Positions 49,704 to 59,586 of a stretch of DNA of 64,000 nt are shown one piece after another. The stretch lies in contig JAPLFQ010000019.1 in NCBI GenBank assembly GCA_026390595.1, positions 41,860 through 105,859 of the forward strand, written 5' to 3'. The stretch is from Ignavibacteriales bacterium. Its GTDB lineage: Bacteria; Bacteroidota; Ignavibacteria; UBA10030. Each line of letters opens with the position of its first letter. Position 1 is the stretch's first letter. Under the pieces are notes generated by a model. The model was given only the letters and a program-made list of their open reading frames with translations, was not told where the DNA came from and ran no database searches. The translations under genes were made by a program, and so were the position numbers.

Positions 49704-52700
49704 ATGCCTATTTCCTTCCTCGACATACTCAAAGAGAAGATCGTTGTTTTCGACGGTGCCACGGGGACTCATCTGCAAAGTCAGAACCTGACGGCAGATG
49801 ATTTCGGCGGCGAGCATTATAACGGCTGCAATGAATATCTCGTCGTCACCAGGCCCTCCGCTGTGGAAAACGTCCATCGGGATTATCTGGAGGCGGGATG
49901 TGATGTCATCGAAACGAACTCCTTCGGCGGAGCCAGCACGGTTCTCGCGGAGTACGGTCTCGGAGATTCGTCGTATGATCTCAATTTCAAAGCCGCTTCC
50001 CTTGCCCGCAATGTCGCTCATGGATACTCACGCAAAGGACATCCGCGCTTTGTCGCCGGCTCGATGGGACCAACGACGAAACTTCCCTCTCTCGGGCACA
50101 TCTCATTCAAAGAGATGGCGGATTCATATCAGGTCCAGGCCCGGGCACTCATCGATGGCGGTGTTGATCTCCTCAGCCTTGAAACATGTCAGGATGTGCT
50201 TCAAATCAAATCGGCTCTCTGCGGTATCCACGACGCATTCCAGGCGAGTGGAAAACGCGTGCCGATCGTTGTCTCGGTGACCATCGAGACGATGGGGACC
50301 ATGCTGCTCGGAACAGAGATTGCCGCGGCGCTCGCCGCCATTGAGCCGTTCGATGTGGATGTCATCGGCATGAACTGCGCGACAGGCCCAAAGGAAATGT
50401 CCGATCACGTCCGGGTTCTTTCGGCGAGTTCTCCGAAGCCCATATTTGTCATGCCGAATGCCGGTCTGCCTGAAAACATCGGCGGCAAGGCGCATTATCA
50501 TCTCTCGCCCCCCGAGCTCTCCAAATACCTCTCGCATTTTGTGAAGGATCTCGGTGTGCAGGTTGTCGGCGGATGCTGCGGGACCACCCAGGAACACATA
50601 CGACAGCTCGTGCAGGCCGTTGGAAACCTCTCGCCCGCGCCGCGGAAATTCGATTTCGTCCCCGGGGCCTCCAGTCTCTATCAGGCAATTCCGTTCCAGA
50701 CTCTTCCGCCGCCCATTCTCATCGGCGAGAGAACCAACGCGAACGGAAGCAAGCAGTTCCGCGAACTCCTCCTGAAAGAGGATTGGGAAGCGATGGTCGC
50801 AATGGGGCGCGACCAGGTTCGCGAGCAGGCGCATATGCTCGACGTGTGCGTTGCCTACGCCGGCCGGAACGAGGCAGCCGATATGCGCGAGCTTATTACG
50901 CGCTTCAACACGCAGATATCGATCCCGCTTGTGCTCGACTCGACGGAGCCGCCGGTCATTGAGGAAGCACTGCAGCGCATCGGCGGCAAGGCCATCGTCA
51001 ACTCGATCAACCTCGAAGACGGTGAGGAACGGCTCGCGAAGGTCGTCGGCCTCTGCAAACGGTACGGGGCCGCTGTCATAGCTCTGACGATCGACGAGAA
51101 CGGCATGACGAAGACGGCTCAGTCCAAACTTGCCGTCGCCCGCCGTATCTACGAACTGGCCGTGGGAAAATACGGCATGAAGCCGCACGACCTCATCTTC
51201 GACCTGCTCACGTTCACCCTGGGTTCCGGCGAGGAGGAGTTCAGGAGATCCGGGCTTGAAACGCTCGAAGGCATCCGGCTTGTGAAGCAGGAATTCCCGG
51301 GTGTTCATACGAGCCTCGGTGTCAGCAACGTGTCGTTCGGTCTCTCTCCGGCTCTGCGTCACGCACTCAACAGCGTGTTCCTGCATTTCGCTGTCGAGGC
51401 CGGATTGGATATGGCGATCGTCCACGCGTCGAAAATAATGCCTCTCTTCAAGATCGACGAACGCGGCCGGGAGCTCTGCCGACATCTGATCTTTGACGAG
51501 CGCAAGTACGAAGGGGAAGGAGCCGACCGTCGTTGTGTCTACGATCCGCTGACGGAACTGATGGCCTACTATGCCGGTCAGAAGACGGGTGAGAAGGCCA
51601 GGACCGAACCGCGTGGCGGAACCATCGAGGAGCGTCTGAAAAACCGCATCATCGATGGAAACAAAGTTGGCATACCCGTAGACCTCGAGGAAGCCCTCAA
51701 ACGAATCCCGGCCCTGGATATCATCAACGTGGTCTTGCTCGATGGGATGAAAGTCGTCGGTGAACTTTTCGGGTCAGGCCAGATGCAACTTCCGTTTGTG
51801 CTCCAATCTGCTGAAGTCATGAAGTCCGCCGTCTCCTTTCTTGAACCGTTCCTCGACAAGAAGGAAGGTTCGCAGAAGGGGACGCTGGTGATCGCGACGG
51901 TCAAAGGGGATGTCCATGACATTGGCAAGAACCTCGTCGACATTATCCTTACGAACAATGGATACCGGGTCATCAACCTCGGCATACGATGCCCTATCGA
52001 AACAATGCTCCAGGCAGTCCACGAACACAACGCGGATGCAATCGGGATGAGCGGTCTGCTGGTGAAATCGACCCTCATCATGAAGGAGAACCTGGAGGTC
52101 ATGAATGAGCGGAACCTCAAAATCCCGGTGATCCTCGGCGGCGCGGCGCTGACGAAACGTTATGTCGATGGAGACCTTCGTCCCCTGTACAAGGGAGATG
52201 TCTACTACGCCAATGATGCGTTCGACGGGCTGCGCTACATGGAGGACATTCTAAGCGGCAGAGCCGAGACACCGTCTCAGGAGAAGAAAATCGCTGCCGA
52301 CCCGGAATCGCTGACCGGCTCTGAAGCCAAGATCGCCCTCGCTCTGGAAGTCGAGTCCGCTGAATCTGCTCACGGCGTGGGAGGAAACACCGCCCCGGCT
52401 GCTCGTTCGAAAGTCAGATCCGATGTTTCCATCCCGCAGCCGCCGTTCTGGGGATCTCGGATAGTCAAAGACGTGTCGCTGGATGAAGTCTTCAAGTATG
52501 TCAACGAGACCGCGCTCATCAGGGGACAGTGGCGCTTCGTGCGCGGGACGATGGGCGACGAGGAGTACCAGCGGTTGATGAATGATCAGGTGCTGCCTGA
52601 GTACCAGAGCCTGCGGGAACAGGTGAAGCGCGAGCAGCTTCTCGTTCCCCAGGTCGTGTACGGCTATTTCCCATGCCAATCTGATGGCAACGAGCTCATT

Positions 52701-53288
52701 ATCTATCACGTACCGTCTGAGGAGGCGGAAGAGTCTGAATCCGAAATGCGAAATCCGAAATCCGAACCCTCCAATCCGCAATTCTCAGAGTGGCTTCGGT
52801 TCTCCTTCCCGCGGCAGACCGATGATCGTCATCTCTGCATTGCCGACTACTTCGCGTCCGTCGGATCAGGGAAGATGGATGTGCTGGCATGCCACGTGGT
52901 GACGGTTGGCCAGCGGGCTTCGGAATATGCGAAGAAACTGTACGACGCGAACAGCTATAAAGACTATCTGTATTTCCATGGCTTGAGCGTGGAGAGCGCC
53001 GAGGCGCTCGCCGAGCTCTGGCACAAGCGGATGAGGGAGGATCTCGGAATCGCTGGAAACGACGCCCCGCACATCAAGCGGTTGTTCAGCCAGGGATATC
53101 AGGGGTCGAGGTTCAGTTTCGGATATCCTGCCTGCCCGCGTCTCGAGGATCAAACCAAGCTCTTCGAACTTCTGAAGCCGGAACGCATCGGGGTCTTCCT
53201 GACAGAAGAATACCAGATGGAGCCGGAGCAGTCGACGTCCGCTCTCGTCGTGCATCATCCCGAAGCCCGGTACTTTACCGTTAAATGA
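49704..53288 (+). CDS. metH: Cobalamin-dependent methionine synthase
   Basis: DGATGT, GMNCATGP, GGCCGT, IGERTNANGS, GVSNVSFG, LPFVLQSA, GDVHDIGKN, SGLL, RFSFGYPACP. Confidence 0.98.
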   Translation: MPISFLDILKEKIVVFDGATGTHLQSQNLTADDFGGEHYNGCNEYLVVTRPSAVENVHRDYLEAGCDVIETNSFGGASTVLAEYGLGDSSYDLNFKAASLARNVAHGYSRKGHPRFVAGSMGPTTKLPSLGHISFKEMADSYQVQARALIDGGVDLLSLETCQDVLQIKSALCGIHDAFQASGKRVPIVVSVTIETMGTMLLGTEIAAALAAIEPFDVDVIGMNCATGPKEMSDHVRVLSASSPKPIFVMPNAGLPENIGGKAHYHLSPPELSKYLSHFVKDLGVQVVGGCCGTTQEHIRQLVQAVGNLSPAPRKFDFVPGASSLYQAIPFQTLPPPILIGERTNANGSKQFRELLLKEDWEAMVAMGRDQVREQAHMLDVCVAYAGRNEAADMRELITRFNTQISIPLVLDSTEPPVIEEALQRIGGKAIVNSINLEDGEERLAKVVGLCKRYGAAVIALTIDENGMTKTAQSKLAVARRIYELAVGKYGMKPHDLIFDLLTFTLGSGEEEFRRSGLETLEGIRLVKQEFPGVHTSLGVSNVSFGLSPALRHALNSVFLHFAVEAGLDMAIVHASKIMPLFKIDERGRELCRHLIFDERKYEGEGADRRCVYDPLTELMAYYAGQKTGEKARTEPRGGTIEERLKNRIIDGNKVGIPVDLEEALKRIPALDIINVVLLDGMKVVGELFGSGQMQLPFVLQSAEVMKSAVSFLEPFLDKKEGSQKGTLVIATVKGDVHDIGKNLVDIILTNNGYRVINLGIRCPIETMLQAVHEHNADAIGMSGLLVKSTLIMKENLEVMNERNLKIPVILGGAALTKRYVDGDLRPLYKGDVYYANDAFDGLRYMEDILSGRAETPSQEKKIAADPESLTGSEAKIALALEVESAESAHGVGGNTAPAARSKVRSDVSIPQPPFWGSRIVKDVSLDEVFKYVNETALIRGQWRFVRGTMGDEEYQRLMNDQVLPEYQSLREQVKREQLLVPQVVYGYFPCQSDGNELIIYHVPSEEAEESESEMRNPKSEPSNPQFSEWLRFSFPRQTDDRHLCIADYFASVGSGKMDVLACHVVTVGQRASEYAKKLYDANSYKDYLYFHGLSVESAEALAELWHKRMREDLGIAGNDAPHIKRLFSQGYQGSRFSFGYPACPRLEDQTKLFELLKPERIGVFLTEEYQMEPEQSTSALVVHHPEARYFTVK
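52735..52783 (+). repeat. Degenerate heptamer tandem repeat (CGAAATC-like, 7 units) inside metH
   Basis: ctgaatc cgaaatg cgaaatc cgaaatc cgaaccc tccaatc cgcaatt. Confidence 0.75.
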
Positions 53289-53384
53289 AAATAGTGTACC
53301 TTTCCAGAGATGCCGCTGAGCATGCTTCATGGCGGGTGGCATCTCCTGCAAGTCACCGATCAGCACACTAGAACCGAAACGACC

Positions 53385-54020
53385 ATGCCAAATCTCATAC
53401 TACTTCGCCACGGCGAATCGCAATGGAACCTGGAAAACAGGTTCACCGGATGGACCGATGTTCCGCTGTCACCGAAGGGGGAACAGGAAGCGCACGAAGC
53501 CGGTCAGAAATTGAAGGCCTACAAGTTCGACAAAGCGTACACCTCGGTCCTCAAGAGGGCCATCAACACTCTGCAGATTGTTCTGAAAATCACGGGTCAG
53601 GAGAACATCCCCACCGAGTATGACAAGGCGTTGAACGAGCGGCACTATGGCGCCCTGCAAGGATTGAACAAGGCAGAGACGGCAGTGAAATACGGCGACG
53701 CCCAGGTGAAACTCTGGAGGCGAAGCTATGACGTGCCGCCTCCGAGCGAAGTGACCGAGTTGAATCCGATGGGGATCAGCGAGAGCCTGAAGGATACAGC
53801 TGCCCGTACACTTCCGTACTTTGATACCAAGATTCTCCCGGATATCAAAGCCGGCAAGAATATCATTGTCGCCGCACATGGCAACAGCCTTCGGTCCATC
53901 GTGATGCAGCTCGACAATCTCACGAGGGAACAAGTGATCGAATTGAATATCCCGACCGGTGTCCCGCTACTCTATGTCTATGACACTGCAGGAAAGATCC
54001 TCGAGCACAAATACTTGTAA
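53385..54020 (+). CDS. gpmA: 2,3-BPG-dependent phosphoglycerate mutase
   Basis: LRHGESQWNLENRFTGW, LNERHYGALQGLNK, WRRSYD, AHGNSLR. Confidence 0.97.
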   Translation: MPNLILLRHGESQWNLENRFTGWTDVPLSPKGEQEAHEAGQKLKAYKFDKAYTSVLKRAINTLQIVLKITGQENIPTEYDKALNERHYGALQGLNKAETAVKYGDAQVKLWRRSYDVPPPSEVTELNPMGISESLKDTAARTLPYFDTKILPDIKAGKNIIVAAHGNSLRSIVMQLDNLTREQVIELNIPTGVPLLYVYDTAGKILEHKYL

Positions 54021-54036
54021 GCTTCTGGTGGTTCGT

Positions 54037-54076
54037 GAAAAAAGAGGCGCGGTTCGAACAGGACCGTGCCTCTTTC
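54037..54076. terminator. Hairpin terminator after gpmA
   Basis: AAAGAGGCGCGGT...ACCGTGCCTCTTT. Confidence 0.65.
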
Positions 54077-54285
54077 ATTCTGTTCCCTTTCCGTCAAGGC
54101 CTTAGGGAACGGCGATCATGCCGAGTCTCTCATTTCCGGCAGAAGCAATTCGTGTGGAGGTTGGTGCGCGGACCCGGCATGCGCTTGCGAAGGTGCGAAG
54201 ACAGACGCGCAAGAGAGTTTTTCCTGAGAATGATACTGAGGTGCTCAAAAACCACAGAAACTCAATAAAATATCGGCCAAACAGC

Positions 54286-54314
54286 TTGTTTTTTATTCCT
54301 CTGTTTGCTATACT
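54286..54314 (+). promoter_or_regulatory. sigma70-type promoter, probably giving a leaderless mRNA
   Basis: TTGTTT-N17-TATACT (extended -10) ends 8 nt before ATG 54323. Confidence 0.55.
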
Positions 54315-54322
54315 CACATCGA

Positions 54323-54706
54323 ATGGATGAGCGATTCTACGAGGGAATCAGGGAATTTAACGGGGGAAGGTATTTTGAGGCGCATGATATTCTCGAAGAT
54401 CTCTGGCAAGGCTATCGCGAACCAGACCGTGTGTTCCTGCAGGCGTTGATCCACTCCGCCGTTGGCCTCTATCATCTCGAAAACAACAATTTCAAAGGGG
54501 CCCGCAGCCAGCTCTCGAAAGCCTGCTCAAAGTTGGAGCCCTATCTGCCTGCACATTGGGGCCTGAATGTGAATCTGTTGTGTGCATCATTGAAGGATCA
54601 GATGGAGATCCTGGAAGGGCGTGAGCGGAGCGGGGAGAAGAGTGGCGAGATTTTCGACAGACCAAGAATGCAATTGATATCTGACAATTATCTGACAATT
54701 TCTTAA
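54323..54706 (+). CDS. DUF309 family protein
   Basis: GIREFN.G.YFEAHDILEDLW...FLQALI..AVGLYH...N.KGA. Confidence 0.88.
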   Translation: MDERFYEGIREFNGGRYFEAHDILEDLWQGYREPDRVFLQALIHSAVGLYHLENNNFKGARSQLSKACSKLEPYLPAHWGLNVNLLCASLKDQMEILEGRERSGEKSGEIFDRPRMQLISDNYLTIS

Positions 54707-54723
54707 TCAAAGGAGATATTTGA

Positions 54724-55062
54724 ATGGCGACATTTATCACTGAGGAATGTATCAACTGCGGAGCATGTGAGCCGGAGTGTCCGAACACGGCGATCTATGC
54801 TGGCGGAGTCCAATGGGAGAAGGACGGAGCCACGCACGAGGCAATCTCGAACGACTTCTACTACATCGTTCCTGAGAAATGCACCGAGTGTGTGGGACAT
54901 TTTGAAAAGGAGCAATGTGCCGCGGTCTGTCCGGTGGACTGCTGCGTCCCGGATCCGAATATTGTGGAGACCGAGGACGTGCTCTTCGAGCGGGCAAAGA
55001 AGCTGCATCCCGATCGCACGTTTACTGAACTGAGTGCGGCGACGTCACGCTTCAGAAAGTAA
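54724..55062 (+). CDS. YfhL-type 2[4Fe-4S] ferredoxin
   Basis: CINCGACEPECPN; CTECVGH...QCAAVCPVDCC. Confidence 0.95.
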   Translation: MATFITEECINCGACEPECPNTAIYAGGVQWEKDGATHEAISNDFYYIVPEKCTECVGHFEKEQCAAVCPVDCCVPDPNIVETEDVLFERAKKLHPDRTFTELSAATSRFRK

Positions 55063-55177
55063 GATCGCGTTAAGTTCGTAGGAAGGTCGGTGTCAAACCA
55101 TCACGCTTAGCCGATGATGGCAGGTGACAGCCGGCCTTCTTTGTTTTTAGATCGAATGAAATCAGAGACCGGAGCAA

Positions 55178-56023
55178 ATGAAGATCGGTGAATACGATAT
55201 TGTCTCCCTCGAAACAGGGCGCTTCTGGCTCGATGGAGGGGCAATGTTTGGGGTCGTTCCGTGGGTGTTCTGGAGCAAGTCGAATCCGCCTGATGCACGG
55301 CAGCGGATCGAACTCGCGGCCCGTTGCTGGCTCGTTCGGGGGCATGGCCGGACTATCCTGGTTGATGATGGCAACGGTTCTAAATGGAGCGAGAAGCTGA
55401 AGGATATCTACAATCTCAACACGACCGCTGGAGATCTGCTGCAGTCGCTCAGGAACCTCAACGTCTCCCCCGAAGCAGTCACGGACGTCATACTGACCCA
55501 CCTCCATTTTGACCATGCCGGAGGTTCGACGACCGTTGTGGATGGCAGGATCATTCCTACCTTTGCGAACGCTCGATACCATGTCCAGAAAAAGCAATGG
55601 GAGCTTTCTCAGAATCCCACAGAGAAGGACCGTGGGAGTTTCATGCGGGATGACTTCGTGCCGCTCCGGGAGTATGGGGTTCTGGAACTGATCGACGGAG
55701 AATGCGAGCTTTTCCCGGGTATCGAACTGCTTGTGTGCAACGGCCACACGAATGCACAGCAGCTTCCGAAGATCTCGGACGGCCGCTCCACGATGCTGTT
55801 TTGCTGCGACCTGGTTCCGACGATTTCCCATATCCCGTGGCCATATGTGATGGCCTACGACGTCAGACCTCTTGTGACGATCGAAGAAAAGAAAAAGATT
55901 TTCGGCCGGGCTTGTGAAGAAGGGTGGATCCTGTTCCTGGAACACGATCCGACGACAACAGCGATCACGCTCAGGAGCGCGGAGAAGGGTTTTGCAGTCC
56001 ATCAACGATTGATGTCGATCTAA
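55178..56023 (+). CDS. MBL-fold metallo-hydrolase (YtnP-like)
   Basis: LDGGAMFGVVP, THLHFDHAGG, GHT, MAYD, LEHDP. Confidence 0.92.
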   Translation: MKIGEYDIVSLETGRFWLDGGAMFGVVPWVFWSKSNPPDARQRIELAARCWLVRGHGRTILVDDGNGSKWSEKLKDIYNLNTTAGDLLQSLRNLNVSPEAVTDVILTHLHFDHAGGSTTVVDGRIIPTFANARYHVQKKQWELSQNPTEKDRGSFMRDDFVPLREYGVLELIDGECELFPGIELLVCNGHTNAQQLPKISDGRSTMLFCCDLVPTISHIPWPYVMAYDVRPLVTIEEKKKIFGRACEEGWILFLEHDPTTTAITLRSAEKGFAVHQRLMSI

Positions 56024-56046
56024 TCGGCCCCATCAAAGAAAACAAA

Positions 56047-56382
56047 ATGAATCGCTTTGTGAAAGTAGCCCGGACGACGGACTTCGGTACTCGAAAATCG
56101 ATGCGTGTGACAATTGAGAACGTTGACATCGCTTTGTTCTCTGTCGATGGCGCCTATCATGCCGTTCAGAACGATTGCCCCCACCAGCATTTTTCTGCGT
56201 TGCACGATGGAATCCTCAACGGTGCGGAGATTACGTGCCCGATGCACGGATGGACGTTTGATCTTGCTTCAGGCAAGGCCACGATCGGCGGCGGAAGGCT
56301 GAAGCGGTACTCATTGAAAGTCGTTGGCGAGGATATTCTCGTCGAAGTCCCGAACGACGAGCCGGACTGGGCGAAGAAGTGA
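56047..56382 (+). CDS. Rieske [2Fe-2S] ferredoxin
   Basis: CPH...CPMHGWTFD. Confidence 0.9.
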   Translation: MNRFVKVARTTDFGTRKSMRVTIENVDIALFSVDGAYHAVQNDCPHQHFSALHDGILNGAEITCPMHGWTFDLASGKATIGGGRLKRYSLKVVGEDILVEVPNDEPDWAKK

Positions 56383-57332
56383 CGCCGAATCAAATCCTCA
56401 CGCGGGCGATCAAGACGAAGGCCCTCGAACTTGGATTCTCGGGTGTCGGAGTCGCGTGCGCACGGAGTCTGGAATCTGAAGGTGTGAGGCTGCAGCAGTG
56501 GCTTTCCCGCGGGTATCACGGTACGATGGAATGGATGCAAAAGAACCTCGAAAAGCGTACCGATCCCCGCCTGCTGCTCCCGAACGCACGATCTGTAATC
56601 TCGCTCGCTCTGAACTACTACACTCCGCCTGAACATAGCTGGAACATCGAAACCGGGAAGATTTCCCGCTATGCGTGGGGGGATGATTATCATCTCGTGA
56701 TGACGTCGCGAATCCTTCAGCTTGTTGACTGCATCAAAACAGAAAGTCCCGGGGTTAACGCGAAAGCCTACGTCGATACCGGTCCTGTGATGGACAAGGC
56801 CTGGGCGGTCCGCGCGGGAATCGGTTGGCTGGGGAAGCACACGAACGTCATCACAAAAGAATACGGGTCGTGGGTCTTCCTGGGCGAGATCATCCTGGAC
56901 GCGGAGCTGGAATACGATGAACCGATCCTGGATTTCTGCGGCTCGTGTACAGCATGCATCGCGGCTTGCCCCACGGACGCGATCGTTGAGGCGTATCTCC
57001 TCGATTCGACGAGGTGTATTTCGTACCTTACAATAGAGCACAGGGGCCCGATACCGGAGGAACTCAAACCGCGATTCGACAATTGGGTGTACGGCTGTGA
57101 TATCTGTCAGGATGTCTGTCCGTGGAATCGATTTCAACAGCCGACGGGAGAGCAGGCATTCTTTCCCAGAGCCGAAAACGTGGAACCCCGGCTGGCCGAC
57201 CTTGAAAACATCTCTGCGGAAGAGTTTGCCAGGCGATTCAAAAAGAGTCCCGTGAAACGGACAAAGAGAAATGGAATGATCCGAAACGCGAAAGCAGTCC
57301 AAGAAGGAAGAACAGGCAAGGCAACAACATAG
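56379..57332 (+). CDS. queG: Epoxyqueuosine reductase
   Basis: ISRYAWGDDYH, VDTGPV, GWLGK, CGSCTACIAACPT, RCISYLTIE, YGCDICQDVCPWN. Confidence 0.96.
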   Translation: MTPNQILTRAIKTKALELGFSGVGVACARSLESEGVRLQQWLSRGYHGTMEWMQKNLEKRTDPRLLLPNARSVISLALNYYTPPEHSWNIETGKISRYAWGDDYHLVMTSRILQLVDCIKTESPGVNAKAYVDTGPVMDKAWAVRAGIGWLGKHTNVITKEYGSWVFLGEIILDAELEYDEPILDFCGSCTACIAACPTDAIVEAYLLDSTRCISYLTIEHRGPIPEELKPRFDNWVYGCDICQDVCPWNRFQQPTGEQAFFPRAENVEPRLADLENISAEEFARRFKKSPVKRTKRNGMIRNAKAVQEGRTGKATT

Positions 57333-57337
57333 AATCA

Positions 57338-57404
57338 AGTTCCAATACTCATCTACTTGATACGTAACTACTCCAATACTCAACTACTCCATAACTCAGA
57401 TACT
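57338..57404 (+). repeat. Degenerate octamer tandem repeat (TACTCCAA-like)
   Basis: agttccaa tactcatc tacttga tacgtaac tactccaa tactcaac tactccat aactcaga. Confidence 0.65.
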
Positions 57405-57412
57405 TACTTCTT

Positions 57413-58369
57413 ATGACCGACACGAACCGTCACAAAGTCATCATCATCGGATCTGGTCCGGCAGGACTCACGGCAGCGCTCTACACCGCGCGTGCAAGCC
57501 TCAGCCCGGTCGTATTCGAAGGGATTCAACCCGGAGGGCAGCTGACCATCACCACTGAGGTTGAGAACTTCCCCGGTTTCCCCGAAGGTGTCATGGGTCC
57601 GGCACTGATGGACCTCATTCGGCAGCAGGCTCAGAAGTTCGGGGCGAAGTCCCTTTACCAGGAAGTGACGGAGGTTGATTTCTCAAAAAGACCATTCAAG
57701 ATAGTCTCGGATGGTACGGAGTACTTCGCTGAAACAGTGATTGTCTCCACCGGAGCATCGGCGAAACTGCTCGGAATTCCGTCGGAAGCAGAGTACATGG
57801 GCTATGGAGTGTCTGCGTGCGCCACCTGTGACGGGTTCTTTTTCAAGAATCAGCACGTTGTGGTGGTCGGAGGGGGCGACACGGCAATAGAGGAGGCCTC
57901 GTTCCTGACGAAGTTCGCTTCGAAAGTGTCGATTGTTCACAGAAGAAACGAACTGAGGGCTTCAAAGGTCATGCAGCAAAGGGCATTCAGCAATCCGAAG
58001 ATCGAGTTTGTCTGGGACTCGGCTGTCGACGAGGTGCTGGGGAAGAACGAGGGGGGAAAGAAGTCACTCACCGGTGTTCGCCTCAAGAACCTGAAGACCG
58101 GCGTACTCACTGAGTTCGCTTGCGATGGTCTATTCCTGGGTATCGGTCATCAGCCGAACACGAAGTTGTTCGAAGGGAAGCTCGACATGGATCCCGTCGG
58201 GTACCTCATAACCAAGCCGCATAGCACCGCCACGAACATCCCGGGTATTTTTGCGGCGGGCGATGTGGCCGATCCGACATATCGTCAGGCGGTAAGCGCC
58301 GCAGGGACAGGATGTATGGCGGCAATTGATGCAGAGAGGTTCCTGGCCCACGGCGAAGTCGGCCATTAG
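57413..58369 (+). CDS. trxB: Thioredoxin-disulfide reductase
   Basis: GSGPAGLTAA, GGQL, SACATCDG, GGGDTA, HRR..LRA, AAGDV, RQAV.AAG.GCMAA. Confidence 0.97.
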   Translation: MTDTNRHKVIIIGSGPAGLTAALYTARASLSPVVFEGIQPGGQLTITTEVENFPGFPEGVMGPALMDLIRQQAQKFGAKSLYQEVTEVDFSKRPFKIVSDGTEYFAETVIVSTGASAKLLGIPSEAEYMGYGVSACATCDGFFFKNQHVVVVGGGDTAIEEASFLTKFASKVSIVHRRNELRASKVMQQRAFSNPKIEFVWDSAVDEVLGKNEGGKKSLTGVRLKNLKTGVLTEFACDGLFLGIGHQPNTKLFEGKLDMDPVGYLITKPHSTATNIPGIFAAGDVADPTYRQAVSAAGTGCMAAIDAERFLAHGEVGH

Positions 58370-58391
58370 ACGCATCGACCTAAGACACCAA

Positions 58392-58427
58392 CAAGCCCCT
58401 TGGCAGAAGTGACAAGGGGCTTTTTTT
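58392..58427 (+). terminator. Intrinsic terminator after trxB
   Basis: AAGCCCCTTG...CAAGGGGCTT-TTTTT. Confidence 0.8.
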
Positions 58428-58509
58428 CGATCCCTTTGAACAGGCAAAAGGTTGAAACAGAGGCGGCAATTGCCTACTTTTGTGCGAACCACGAGCATCG
58501 CACTGTGCC

Positions 58510-59547
58510 GTGAAAATCAATCCTTCCTATAGAGCTGTTCTACTGAGCATCCTTTCCGGTACTTACACACCGCATGATGTGCGTGAATTCGTGCGTTCAT
58601 GTTATGCTCTCGCACTTCCATTGATCCGCAAGAGAATCATCCAAGGACGGATCAACCTCCAATCGCTCGGTCTCCAGCAGCCGGATTTGATCTATGACTG
58701 CATCGCGGATTTGTTCGTCCGGGATGCTGGTGGGCGCTTCACGGAGATCGAACAGTTCTTCAGAAAAGAACTGGGAGAACCGGATCAGGCTTCAGATGCC
58801 CTTCTCTTTGATACGCTGCGACGGATTGTGTTCGGTCGCGTCAACAACAACCTCATCCGTTTTCATGCCGACGCGGACCCGTCGTTTGGGAAGATCCTGC
58901 ATAATCTTGACGTGTCACTGACGCGTACCCGGTACTTTGAGAAGTTTGTCAGGTTTGGGGAGACGTTTCTCGCCTGCTGCGAGGTCGAACTTCTTCTGGA
59001 CCGTCCTCCCGCACCGTTTGAGTATTTGCGAAAACGTCTCTCGCAGGTTGTGCTTCTCCATGATCCCATGCCGGTGATGCTGGCGAAACTCCACGATTGC
59101 ATGAAAGGTCAGGAGGAATATCAGCGCGTAGCACCGTTTCTGTGGGTCGTTTCTGTGCTCAAAGAAATCTACGCCTTGGGCGCTGAATCTGATTCAGGTG
59201 AACGCGTGGCCGTAATCGAGCAGGTGGAGTTGGAGGAAGGTCTGAAACTCGTAGAGGACGCGTGCACGATCCTGCGAAAGGAAGTCTATCCACACTACGT
59301 GGGAAGCGGCAAGATAAGCGAACAATTGCTTGACGTGTATCTCCGGACAACCTCGGAAATTCTGTCGGATTCTATTACAGCCGGTCGCAACGGCCAGAAG
59401 CACTTTTTCGACTACCTCGCAGCTCGCATGCCCGCTGTGACCAAAGAAGAGTATATCAATCGGCACAAACCAGTACTTGAGTACTTCGTGAGATGCGCGA
59501 AAAACAAGCTTAGAGATGAATTGAAGAAAGAGGAATCTGCACCCTAG
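58510..59547 (+). CDS. Hypothetical protein; divergent, enlarged ECF-sigma-like
   Basis: sigma2-like DLIYDCIADLF...LFDTLRRIV...NNLIR and sigma4-like YFVRCAKNKLRDEL; precedes a zf-HC2 protein. Confidence 0.55.
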   Translation: MKINPSYRAVLLSILSGTYTPHDVREFVRSCYALALPLIRKRIIQGRINLQSLGLQQPDLIYDCIADLFVRDAGGRFTEIEQFFRKELGEPDQASDALLFDTLRRIVFGRVNNNLIRFHADADPSFGKILHNLDVSLTRTRYFEKFVRFGETFLACCEVELLLDRPPAPFEYLRKRLSQVVLLHDPMPVMLAKLHDCMKGQEEYQRVAPFLWVVSVLKEIYALGAESDSGERVAVIEQVELEEGLKLVEDACTILRKEVYPHYVGSGKISEQLLDVYLRTTSEILSDSITAGRNGQKHFFDYLAARMPAVTKEEYINRHKPVLEYFVRCAKNKLRDELKKEESAP

Positions 59548-59586
59548 TCATTGTGAGGTACACAAGAGGAGAACGGGAGTCAAGCT

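Noticed and set aside
54118..54330. 70-aa ORF between gpmA and DUF309
   Set aside because: No motif and overlaps the predicted DUF309 promoter; likely spurious.
57338..57404. CRISPR array
   Set aside because: Short degenerate tandem octamers without spacers; no cas genes.
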